A DNA stretch of 64,000 nt. Origin: an uncultured bacterium (GTDB lineage Bacteria > Patescibacteriota > Minisyncoccia > UBA6257 > GWB1-50-10). The stretch covers positions 296,850-360,849 of the forward strand of contig OY970216.1 in the NCBI GenBank assembly GCA_963713955.1. The letters run 5' to 3'. Below, piece after piece: positions 9,253 to 17,895 of the stretch. A model generated the notes under the pieces. That model searched no databases, had not been told where the DNA came from, and saw only the letters and a list, made by a program, of their open reading frames with translations. Within the stretch, counting starts at the first letter, position 1, and every line of letters begins with the position of its first letter. The position numbers and the translations under genes were made by a program.

Positions 9253-9774
9253 ATGATTGCGATGACTACTGGCATCCAACCACGTATCGTCATTTCTGGA
9301 GAGACAGAAGACGGTATTGTTGGGAAAATACTTAACTATATAGCCGATCCTCCCCCTCCGGAACAGCGTCGTTATACGAAAAGGTTCTTTGGGTTGTGGC
9401 GTGAAGGAATATGTATGGGGAAGATTGTGAAACAAAAGAGAACGAGGAATGGTGGGGTTGAGGGGACTTTCGATGTTGCCCTTGAGATAGGCACAAGAGA
9501 GGCAGAGAAGAATATTTCCTTAGGCATCCTTTTGAGGGAAGTCCCAGGACTGAAGTTTAGCTTAAAGGATATGAGGAGAGACTCTTCAGGTTGGGTAGAG
9601 TTGCATATCGGCGGGGATGTAGATCGCCGGAAAATACCAAACATTGTGGACCTTATACTGGCTACTTATGTAACCAATCATAAGGAGACGCATCCTGTAG
9701 TGCCCGACAAGCCCGGAGGAAAAATTCAACGGTTTTGTTCCACCAGTGCTGGCAATCCTTTTGCGACGAAGTGA
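9253..9774 (+). CDS. Hypothetical protein (ORFan) downstream of the attenuator
   Basis: AAGGAG SD before GTG 9250/ATG 9253; no motif recognised. Confidence 0.65.
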   Translation: MIAMTTGIQPRIVISGETEDGIVGKILNYIADPPPPEQRRYTKRFFGLWREGICMGKIVKQKRTRNGGVEGTFDVALEIGTREAEKNISLGILLREVPGLKFSLKDMRRDSSGWVELHIGGDVDRRKIPNIVDLILATYVTNHKETHPVVPDKPGGKIQRFCSTSAGNPFATK

Positions 9775-9824
9775 ACCGATTTTTTCTCTCGCGGGTAAAA
9801 AATACTCCGAGGGAACTTCTAACG

Positions 9825-9852
9825 AAAGCTGTGGTGACCCCGCAGCTTTTTT
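9825..9852 (+). terminator. Intrinsic terminator
   Basis: AAAGCTGTGG..CCGCAGCTTT followed by a T-run. Confidence 0.65.
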
Positions 9853-9897
9853 CCTTTTATTTGCCCAGAGGTGAAGAGTGATTTAAAATATTTGCAT

Positions 9898-10377
9898 ATG
9901 CAGAAAAATAAAACAAAAGCAGTGGCGTTAGTCGTCGTGTTAGTGGTAATAGTAGTCGCCCTGATCATCACGTTATCGGGGAGCAAAAATACGAATAACC
10001 AAGCGAATCAAAATCAAATGACGAACACAAATTCAAACGACAACCTTCAAGTAACGGATGAAGTCATGGGAACAGGCACGGAGGCGGTTGCGGGAGATCT
10101 CGTGACGGTGAACTACGTGGGAACGCTCGCGAATGGAACAGTCTTCGACGCGTCCGCGAGCCACGGGAATCAAGGTTTCACGTTCCTCTTGGGAGCGGGG
10201 CAAGTGATCAAGGGATGGGATGAAGGCGTTGCCGGCATGAAGGTCGGCGGCAAGCGGAAGCTTGTGATTCCCTCAGACCTGGCCTATGGGTCAAACGGTA
10301 TTCCGGGAGTGATCCCGCCGAACTCGACTTTGATTTTCGAAGTGGGGCTTTTGTCCGTTAAGCAAGCGGGGCAGTAA
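9898..10377 (+). CDS. FKBP-type peptidyl-prolyl isomerase, membrane-anchored
   Basis: VTVNYVGTL..G.VFD, F.LGAGQVIKGWDEGVAGMKVGGKRKL.IP..LAYG, IPPNSTLIFEV. Confidence 0.95.
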   Translation: MQKNKTKAVALVVVLVVIVVALIITLSGSKNTNNQANQNQMTNTNSNDNLQVTDEVMGTGTEAVAGDLVTVNYVGTLANGTVFDASASHGNQGFTFLLGAGQVIKGWDEGVAGMKVGGKRKLVIPSDLAYGSNGIPGVIPPNSTLIFEVGLLSVKQAGQ

Positions 10378-10386
10378 ACTCATGAA

Positions 10387-11655
10387 ATGAAAAATTCTCT
10401 TTTAGGGAGAATAAAGAATTTAGGCAAAGACGTCGGTCCCGGCGTTATCACCGGCGCCGCCGACGATGATCCGTCTGGGATCTTGACCTACCTCCAGTCG
10501 GGCTTTTTGTACGGCTTCAAGATACTCTGGATGGCCGTTCTCGCCTTGCCCTTCATGATTTCGATTCAGGAAATGGCGGGAAGGATCGGCTATGTGACCG
10601 ACAAAGGGCTCATCAAAGTGATCAAGGACCACTATTCGAAGTGGCTCCTTTATTTCATCGCCGTCATTTCCGTCGTCGTCATAACCATGAACATCGGAGC
10701 GGATCTCCTCGCCGTCGGGACGGTTCTCGGGAATCTCATCCCCTTGCCCGTTCTTTTCTGGATTCCGTTCGTTGCGCTTGCCATCTTGGCTTTCACGATT
10801 TTCCTTTCCTATCCAAAATTCGCTAGAGTCCTCAAATGGCTGACCTTATCTCTTTTCTTCTACGTCGCAACCGTATTCACCGTAAAACTTGACTGGGGCG
10901 CGGTTCTTCAGGCAACTTTCCTGCCGCATATCGTCTTCGACAAAGATTTCATTCTGCTCTTTGCGGCGTTCTTCGGGACCACCATTTCGCCGTATTTGTT
11001 TTTCTGGCAGGCCGACGAGGAAGTCGAGGAGCGAGACGAAGTGAAAAGCGAAAGGAAACTCAAAAGGTTCCTCGTGACCAAAAACGAGCTGAAGCACATG
11101 CGAAAAGATACGGCTCTCGGGATGGTTTTCTCGGAAATCATAACGTGGTTCATCATCGTCGCGGCAGGCGGCCTCGCAGCCGTGAAGGGCCCGGCAGTCA
11201 TAGCGAATTTCAATCAGGCTTCCGCGGTCCTCCGGCCCCTCCTCGGCGAATGGGCTTTCGTCGTTTTCGCTCTGGGGATCGTGGGGACCGGCCTTCTCGC
11301 GATACCGGTGCTTTCGGGAAGCATCGGTTACATGCTCTCCGAAATATTCAACTGGACGGAAGGAATGAACAAAACGTGGAGAGAGGCAAGAAGTTTTTAC
11401 CTCGTCATAACGGCGGCAACTATTTCGGGGGTTGTCATGATGCTTTTAGGAGTTGACCCTATCGCGGCTCTGATTTACACGGCCGTTTTTTACACCGTCA
11501 TCACGCCGCCCATCGTTTACGTGATACTGAAAATCGCAAACAACAAGACGATCATGCGCGACAAGGTAAACGGACCTCTCACGAACGTTTTCGGGTGGCT
11601 GACGTTCGCTTTCGCGGTCATCGTTGTCGGTACCTACCTTTTCTCATTGTTCTGA
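10387..11655 (+). CDS. NRAMP-family divalent metal transporter
   Basis: GPGVITGAADDDPSGI.TY.Q.G and GTTISPYLFFWQ. Confidence 0.9.
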   Translation: MKNSLLGRIKNLGKDVGPGVITGAADDDPSGILTYLQSGFLYGFKILWMAVLALPFMISIQEMAGRIGYVTDKGLIKVIKDHYSKWLLYFIAVISVVVITMNIGADLLAVGTVLGNLIPLPVLFWIPFVALAILAFTIFLSYPKFARVLKWLTLSLFFYVATVFTVKLDWGAVLQATFLPHIVFDKDFILLFAAFFGTTISPYLFFWQADEEVEERDEVKSERKLKRFLVTKNELKHMRKDTALGMVFSEIITWFIIVAAGGLAAVKGPAVIANFNQASAVLRPLLGEWAFVVFALGIVGTGLLAIPVLSGSIGYMLSEIFNWTEGMNKTWREARSFYLVITAATISGVVMMLLGVDPIAALIYTAVFYTVITPPIVYVILKIANNKTIMRDKVNGPLTNVFGWLTFAFAVIVVGTYLFSLF

Positions 11656-11680
11656 TGTTCGTTCGCCGAACCATTGCGAC

Positions 11681-11710
11681 AAAAACCCCTTCGTCGTCGG
11701 AGGGGTTTTT
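11681..11710. terminator. Bidirectional terminator
   Basis: AAAAACCCCTTCG-TCGT-CGGAGGGGTTTTT between convergent genes. Confidence 0.8.
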
Positions 11711-11740
11711 GTGTCAGGTAGTTGTTGTGGAAGATACCCT

Positions 11741-12085
11741 TTATAGCTTGCTTCTCGGAAGCCACGCAATGGCGCGGGTGGCGGTTACATCGGCTGCGTT
11801 GCGCCCCAGGAGGCTGTATACTTTGACCGGAAAACCGTCCTTGAGATCGGCGAGTAAGTAAGTATTACTCTTCGCGAGAACTTTTGTGTCGGAAACCGCG
11901 GTTGCGAGGTATGCCTGGTTGTTTCTCGCCGCGGTGAGCATCACGCCATTTGGTGTCGTGTTGAAGGCAGATTCACTTTCACGGGGTGCGGGAACGGTTG
12001 ACCACGCAAACGCGAAAGAAGAACTGAGGAGCATGCCTGCGATCAAGCTGCCGGTTCCGATGATTGCTTTCGTTTTACGATACAT
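11741..12085 (-). CDS. Secreted hypothetical protein
   Basis: Sec signal peptide ending AFA; GGAGGGGG upstream. Confidence 0.65.
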   Translation of the reverse strand: MYRKTKAIIGTGSLIAGMLLSSSFAFAWSTVPAPRESESAFNTTPNGVMLTAARNNQAYLATAVSDTKVLAKSNTYLLADLKDGFPVKVYSLLGRNAADVTATRAIAWLPRSKL

Positions 12086-12194
12086 GGTTGAAGTCTGCTT
12101 ATACCCCCTCCGGCCTTGTTGACGGTGGATTTCACCAGCGTCTTTAGGAAAATACGCCGGTTGCCGGTCGAATGTTACAGAATGCCTGGCAACT

Positions 12195-12264
12195 CCCCAT
12201 ACCTAAATGAGAGTGAAAAATATGACGCCAACAAGAAGACGTTGCTCTCATTTAGGTGTAGGGG
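12195..12264. repeat. Palindromic MITE/REP-like element (CCCC..ACC family)
   Basis: CCCCATACCTAAATGAGAG ... CTCTCATTTAGGTGTAGGGG terminal inverted repeat. Confidence 0.7.
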
Positions 12265-12279
12265 TAAAATTAATACGTT

Positions 12280-13617
12280 ATGGCAAGCAGATTAAAACCG
12301 AAATTGCCTTCCGGATTCAAGGATTACTTGCCGGATGAAGAAATAAGGAGAAGCGAAATGCTCGATGTGATCAAGAGAAACTTTGAGCTGTTCGGGTTTT
12401 TGCCGCTCGATACGCCTGCCGTGGAAGAGGAGAAAACGCTCACGGGAGGCGATCCGGAATTCAAAAAACAGATATTTAGAATCAAACGGGAAAGCGGTGC
12501 CGAAAATCTGGCGCTCCGTTTCGATCTCACGGTTCCTTTGGCTCGCGTGGTGTCTCTCTACGCCGGCAAGATAACTTTCCCCTTCAAGAGGTACCAGGTG
12601 GGAAGCGTGTGGAGAGGGGAAAAGGCGCAGGCCGGCCGATTCAGGGAATTCCTCCAGTTCGACGCCGACATCGTGGGATCAGCGAGCGTTCTCGCGGATG
12701 CCGAAATCATAGCCCTCATGAACCAGGTCATGCTTTCCCTGGGGTTCCAGAATTTCCTCATAAAAATAAGCAACCGGAAAGTGTTAAGCGGACTCCCGGA
12801 ATATGCTGGGTTTTCTCGCGGGAAATTGGATGCCGTTCTGAGAGTCGTCGACAAATTGGATAAAATCGGGGAAGCCGGCGTCTCAAAAGAGCTTACCTCA
12901 AAGAACGGGTGCGGCCTTTCAAAGCAAGAGGCCCGAGCGGTAATGGGTTTCTTCGGCCTGAGGGCAAAGAACAATTTCGAGGTTTTGCGTCTCGCGGGAG
13001 AAAAACTGAGAAGCGGGAGTTCGAAGAAAGGCCTTGCCGAGATGGAAGAACTCGTGGGTCACCTCGAGGCGCTCGGCGTTCCGGCTGAGCGGTGGGCGTT
13101 CGATTTCGCGACGGTCAGGGGTCTTGCGTACTACACAGGTTTTGTTTTTGAAACGATTCTCCTTGATCTGCCCGGGATCGGCAGCGTTTTTTCCGGCGGA
13201 AGGTACGATAACCTGATTTCGAATCTCGGGGGATCAAGCTTACCGGCCGTCGGCGTTTCAGTCGGAGTGGATCGAATGTTTTACGCGATGACGGAGCTCA
13301 GAATTTCCGCCGAAGGGGGAAGAAAAGCGAAAGTCTTGGTTCTGAATTTCGACGAGAAAACATGTCGGGATGCCGAGAAAACCGTTTCCCTTCTCAGGGA
13401 AAACGGAATTCCGTCGGAAATTTACCTCGGGAACGAAAAAGGGCTGAAAGGACAAATCTCATACGCCCTCAAAAACAACTACGCACTCGCCGTCATGGTG
13501 GGCGCGGACGAAGTTTCGAAGGGCATCGTGAGTATTAAAAGTTTCAAGGCCTATAAACAGTTTGGGGTGAAACGGGAGAATTTGGTGTCCGAGGTGAAGA
13601 AACTTTTGGAACAGTAG
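12280..13617 (+). CDS. hisS: Histidine--tRNA ligase
   Basis: PSGFKDYLP, ALRFDLTVPLAR, WRGEKAQAGRFREFLQFDAD, RGLAYYTG, GGRYD. Confidence 0.97.
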   Translation: MASRLKPKLPSGFKDYLPDEEIRRSEMLDVIKRNFELFGFLPLDTPAVEEEKTLTGGDPEFKKQIFRIKRESGAENLALRFDLTVPLARVVSLYAGKITFPFKRYQVGSVWRGEKAQAGRFREFLQFDADIVGSASVLADAEIIALMNQVMLSLGFQNFLIKISNRKVLSGLPEYAGFSRGKLDAVLRVVDKLDKIGEAGVSKELTSKNGCGLSKQEARAVMGFFGLRAKNNFEVLRLAGEKLRSGSSKKGLAEMEELVGHLEALGVPAERWAFDFATVRGLAYYTGFVFETILLDLPGIGSVFSGGRYDNLISNLGGSSLPAVGVSVGVDRMFYAMTELRISAEGGRKAKVLVLNFDEKTCRDAEKTVSLLRENGIPSEIYLGNEKGLKGQISYALKNNYALAVMVGADEVSKGIVSIKSFKAYKQFGVKRENLVSEVKKLLEQ

Positions 13618-14253
13618 ATGGAAAAGGAAAACGCTCTTGCCGAAATAAAGAAGGAATTGGAGGAGAACGAGAAGTTGCCGCTTTTCGGAACCAATCTGGT
13701 TTTCGGCGAAGGGGATCCTTCTGCGAAAATCATGTTCATCGGCGAGGCGCCGGGATTCTACGAAGACCGGGAACGGAGGCCGTTCGTCGGGAGAGCCGGA
13801 AAACTTTTAGATCGGCTGATCGCGGACATCGGAATGCGGCGCGAGGACGTTTACATCACGAATATCGTAAAACGCCGACCGCCCGAGAACCGCGATCCGC
13901 TGCCGGAGGAACTGGAGGGTTACCGGCCGTACCTTGCGCGGGAAATTGAAGCCGTTAATCCGAAAATCATAGCGACCCTGGGGAGATTTTCGATGAATTA
14001 TTTTTTGCCGGAAGGGAAGATATCGCGGGATCAGGGAAAGGTTTTCTGGTGGGGAGAGCGGATCGTGATGCCACTCTACCATCCGGCGGCGGCACTCCGC
14101 TCGACTTCTGTTCTTGACGATTTGGAGGAGAGTTTCAAAAAGCTTAAAGCCGTCGCCGTAAAATTCGAGGAACTCTTGGAGCAGAAGAGAAAGAAACCAC
14201 CGAGCGAAATTCCGGGAGAGATTAAAAAAGAAGAGCAAAAATCACTCTTTTAG
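13618..14253 (+). CDS. Uracil-DNA glycosylase, family 4
   Basis: MFIGEAPG..ED...RPFVGRAGKLLD, YITNIVK.RPPENRDP, YHPAA.LR. Confidence 0.92.
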   Translation: MEKENALAEIKKELEENEKLPLFGTNLVFGEGDPSAKIMFIGEAPGFYEDRERRPFVGRAGKLLDRLIADIGMRREDVYITNIVKRRPPENRDPLPEELEGYRPYLAREIEAVNPKIIATLGRFSMNYFLPEGKISRDQGKVFWWGERIVMPLYHPAAALRSTSVLDDLEESFKKLKAVAVKFEELLEQKRKKPPSEIPGEIKKEEQKSLF

Positions 14254-14268
14254 GCCTATAATAGAGGC

Positions 14269-15426
14269 ATGAGACGCGGTATTGCAACATTCACGCTCGA
14301 TGAAGGAAAATGTCCTCCGTGGCTTTTCCGGCGGATGGTTGCGCTTGGAAGGGATATGGTGAAAATCTTGATCGCGGAATACGGGCCAGACGAATTCATA
14401 AGAAGGATGGGCGATCCGGTGTGGTTTCAATCACTCGGAACGGTTCTCGCGTTCGATTGGAACGCGTCGGGCTTGACGACGATCTTGACCGCCGCTTTGA
14501 AGGAGGCGATTCGACATGAGGAAAGGAGCTTAGGTGTTTTCATTTGCGGCGGAAAGGGAAAAACCTCCCGGAATACACCGGACGAAATACTGAATTGGGG
14601 CGATCGCATCGGCATGAGTGACAAGAAAACAAATGCGCTCGTCTACAACTCCAGAATGAGCGCGAAGGTTGATAGCGCCTTGGTTCAAGACGGTTTCCAG
14701 ATTTACCATCACAGTTTCATGTTTTCCTGGAGCGGTGCGTGGACGGTTGTCCAGCAGGGGATGAATACTGAAAATCAAACCGCGCGGAGGTACCACTGGT
14801 CTTCCGACAAGGTGACGGACATGGTCTGCGAGCCGCACTCCGGCATATCGTCGAAGCTCATCGGCAAAAATGTCCTCAATATGGTTTCGAAGGGAAGCTC
14901 CGGGAGTCGGGAAATGTCCGTGGAGCTCGTGGGTGCCGGCTATCCATCGCTCATGAAAGACGTGGCCATTCTGCGGAAGCATTTTTCTCGATTTTCCAAC
15001 ATGGTCTCGCTCCAATCCGGCAAGGAGCAGCTGACGCTCCTCGATCTGGATCGGGGGGAATTCAAATACCACCCGATGGTCCACGAGGATTTCATGATGA
15101 ACAGATACCTCGACAAGGTTCTGCAGAAAGTGACGTACCTGAAACCCGGAAGCTATGAGAAGCTCGCGTCGCTCCGGGGGGTGGGACCGAAGACGGTCCG
15201 CGCGCTCGCGCTCGTCGGCGAGGTGATTTACGGCGCGAAGCCGTCGTACGAAGATCCGGCGCGATACAGCTTCGCCCACGGCGGGAAGGACGGCACGCCC
15301 TACCCCGTCGATCTCAGAACCTACGATCAAACGATAGAAATACTGAAGAAAGCAGTTGCGAAAACCCGTTGGGATCAGGAAGAAAAACGGAAAGCGGTCA
15401 GCAAATTGGAAGGGAATAGGGAATAG
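14269..15426 (+). CDS. DUF763 domain protein
   Basis: PPWLF.RM, DPVWFQSLG.VLAFDWN.SG.TT, HhH-like LRGVGPKTVRAL, DPARYSFAHGGKDG.PYPVD. Confidence 0.88.
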   Translation: MRRGIATFTLDEGKCPPWLFRRMVALGRDMVKILIAEYGPDEFIRRMGDPVWFQSLGTVLAFDWNASGLTTILTAALKEAIRHEERSLGVFICGGKGKTSRNTPDEILNWGDRIGMSDKKTNALVYNSRMSAKVDSALVQDGFQIYHHSFMFSWSGAWTVVQQGMNTENQTARRYHWSSDKVTDMVCEPHSGISSKLIGKNVLNMVSKGSSGSREMSVELVGAGYPSLMKDVAILRKHFSRFSNMVSLQSGKEQLTLLDLDRGEFKYHPMVHEDFMMNRYLDKVLQKVTYLKPGSYEKLASLRGVGPKTVRALALVGEVIYGAKPSYEDPARYSFAHGGKDGTPYPVDLRTYDQTIEILKKAVAKTRWDQEEKRKAVSKLEGNRE

Positions 15427-15477
15427 GATATAGTACCGAATTTCTAAACCCTAAACCCTACTCCCTATACTCTAGCT
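15414..15477. repeat. Degenerate heptamer inverted-repeat array
   Basis: gaatagg-gaatagg-atatagt ... tctaaac-cctaaac-cctactc-cctatac-tctagct between convergent genes. Confidence 0.6.
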
Positions 15478-15478
15478 T

Positions 15479-17845
15479 TCACTTCTCGAAGTGGGGGGCG
15501 ACAAACCTCTGGTCGACGATCTTCGTGAGTTCGGTCATCTGCATCCAGGCGAAAGACCAAATCCAGACGCCGAGGATGTAGAGAAGGGGAATACCGGTCA
15601 TGAAAATCCCGATCCATGCCATGAGACTTGCCGCGATCTGGGTGATCGAGGTCGCGAAAACGACCTGCGTGCTCGGCAGGAATTTATACCAGCGTTCCTT
15701 CGTATGAGCGACGTAGATCAGCATATGGCCGGAGATCATGAGTTTCAGAAAGAAAACAGTTTGTATCACGTCCCAACTGAAGTGAAAGACGTAAACCATG
15801 AGGAGAAACAATATCAAACTGTTGAGTATCCCCGTTATGCCGTAGAGGGCACCTAAGGTGAACCGTTCGATGACTCTTATCTTGGCCGGGCGGCTGAAAT
15901 TTTTGACTCTGTTGAAAGCCAGAGAGATGATGGGAATATCGTTCATGATGGCGATCAGGATCAACTGGATCGGCGTCAGGGGATAGGTTTTATAAATGAT
16001 CCCGAGAATGACGATTGTGATGATGAGACGAAAACTCTCGGATATCCGGTAAATGGAATAGCTGTAAAGGCGGGAGAAAATTTTCCTGGCTTCTATAAGA
16101 GCATCCTTGATAACGGATATTCCGGGGGAAAGAAGGACTATGTCGGCGGCGCTCTTCAGTGCATCGACTGCGTTTTTGACGGCGATGCCCACATTGGCTT
16201 CCTTGATGGCCGGCAAGTCGTTCACGCCGTCGCCAGTCATTGCCACAATGTATCCGTCCGCTTGTGCCAATTTGGCAAGATTGAATTTGTCTTCCGGCAG
16301 TATCTGGGAAAAAGCTCCGATGCTGTCGAAGTAAGAACGACCGGTCGATTGCCAGTCCACTTCATCGCGGGATAAAACCTTCCCGTCCAAGGAAAGCTCC
16401 GATGCCGTACGTTTGCTTATGGCTGTGTTGTCGCCGGTCAGCATTTTGACGCTGATGCCGTTCTCTCGCAGGAACCCGATCACGCCTGCCGCATCGTCGG
16501 TCAGGGGATCGGCAAGCATGATGATGCCGGCTATGGTCATATTCTTTTCTTCAGTACCATCCTTCCTGACGGCAACGCCGAGAACGCGATACCCTCCGTC
16601 AGCTGCCTTGTCGACATCGGTTTCATACCGAGATTTCAGTGCGGCGTCCATCGTGCATAAATCCTCGATTACCTGCGGAGCGCCGACGGAAACGAGAACT
16701 CTTGAATCGCCGAAGGAGACTGAAGCCGTGGATCGCTTTCTTTCGGAGTCAGCTGGCGTGAGTTCTAAGACGGAAAAATCCCTCGTGAGTCCCAGTGTCG
16801 ATGCCTTGAGATTCACGGCGTTGTCGATGGAACTTTTCGTGTCTTCCGGGGCCGCGGCCATGGCGTAGCGCATCACTTCGTCTGTTGAGAAAATGCCGTA
16901 CGGGATAATCCGCGAGACGGTGATGGTGTTATTGGTAAGCGTCCCCGTTTTGTCCGTGAGGAGCATATTGACATTCGCGAGGTCTTCAAGGGCGGATAAT
17001 CTCCGGACTATCGTTTTCTTCTTCGCGAGCTCCAGCGCTCCCAGGCTGATAATGAGCGTCATTACCGTTGGGAGGCTTATCGGAATGCCCGCGATGATCA
17101 AACTGAGGTCGAGGACGACGATGTCGCTCCATGCAGTGTGTTGCAGAAGGAAGACGACGGTCACGACGGCGACGCCGACGAGGGCGATCACAGTGAGGAA
17201 CTTGGAGATGGTTAAGATGTCCTTTTCGAGGATACTCCGCCGTGTCACGCGCTCTATGAGCGTTATGGTTTTTCCGAAGTTTGTCTTGATGCCTGTCGCG
17301 GTCACTGTCATCGTTGCCGACCCGGTCGCGACGAACGATCCTGAATAAACTTTGTCCTTGGTATTCTTATCCTTCGGCAGCGATTCTCCCGTGAGGACCG
17401 CTTCGTTCACCATTAAGTTCTTCGCTTCGACGAGATCACCGTCGGCCGGTATGAGGTCGCCGACCATGAGGCGCACCGAATCACCGGGGACCAGGGAACG
17501 CGAGGTGATCCACATCCACGTGCCGTCCCGGAGAACTTTCACTTGAATGGCCAAACCTTCCTTCAGTTTCTTTATGGCATTGTCGGCTTTGTTCTCCTGC
17601 CAGAAGCCGATCGCGAAGTTCAGCACCATGAGGAGCAAGATGAAGTAGAAGTCAAACGTCTTGCCACTGAAAAGAGAAAGGAGCGCCGCCGCAAGGAGCA
17701 TGAGCGCGATCGGGGAAATAAGCCACTTCGCGATCTTCACGAAAAAACTTGTTCTCCTTTCCGGTATTTCATTCGGACCGTATTCCTCGAGTCTCTTCTC
17801 GGCTTCTTCCGAAGTCAACCCCCCCAGCGTTAAGTTGTCGTCCAT
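15479..17845 (-). CDS. P-type ATPase, type IIIA (H+-exporting)-like
   Basis: TGES, DKTGTLT, MLTGDN, MTGDGVND; TM4 IIAGIPISLPTVM and TM6 IAIMNDIP resemble P3A proton pumps. Confidence 0.85.
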   Translation of the reverse strand: MDDNLTLGGLTSEEAEKRLEEYGPNEIPERRTSFFVKIAKWLISPIALMLLAAALLSLFSGKTFDFYFILLLMVLNFAIGFWQENKADNAIKKLKEGLAIQVKVLRDGTWMWITSRSLVPGDSVRLMVGDLIPADGDLVEAKNLMVNEAVLTGESLPKDKNTKDKVYSGSFVATGSATMTVTATGIKTNFGKTITLIERVTRRSILEKDILTISKFLTVIALVGVAVVTVVFLLQHTAWSDIVVLDLSLIIAGIPISLPTVMTLIISLGALELAKKKTIVRRLSALEDLANVNMLLTDKTGTLTNNTITVSRIIPYGIFSTDEVMRYAMAAAPEDTKSSIDNAVNLKASTLGLTRDFSVLELTPADSERKRSTASVSFGDSRVLVSVGAPQVIEDLCTMDAALKSRYETDVDKAADGGYRVLGVAVRKDGTEEKNMTIAGIIMLADPLTDDAAGVIGFLRENGISVKMLTGDNTAISKRTASELSLDGKVLSRDEVDWQSTGRSYFDSIGAFSQILPEDKFNLAKLAQADGYIVAMTGDGVNDLPAIKEANVGIAVKNAVDALKSAADIVLLSPGISVIKDALIEARKIFSRLYSYSIYRISESFRLIITIVILGIIYKTYPLTPIQLILIAIMNDIPIISLAFNRVKNFSRPAKIRVIERFTLGALYGITGILNSLILFLLMVYVFHFSWDVIQTVFFLKLMISGHMLIYVAHTKERWYKFLPSTQVVFATSITQIAASLMAWIGIFMTGIPLLYILGVWIWSFAWMQMTELTKIVDQRFVAPHFEK

Positions 17846-17895
17846 ATTTTTATTGTAATACTTTTTCCAGAGGCGAAAATATCGTGTATAGTGGA

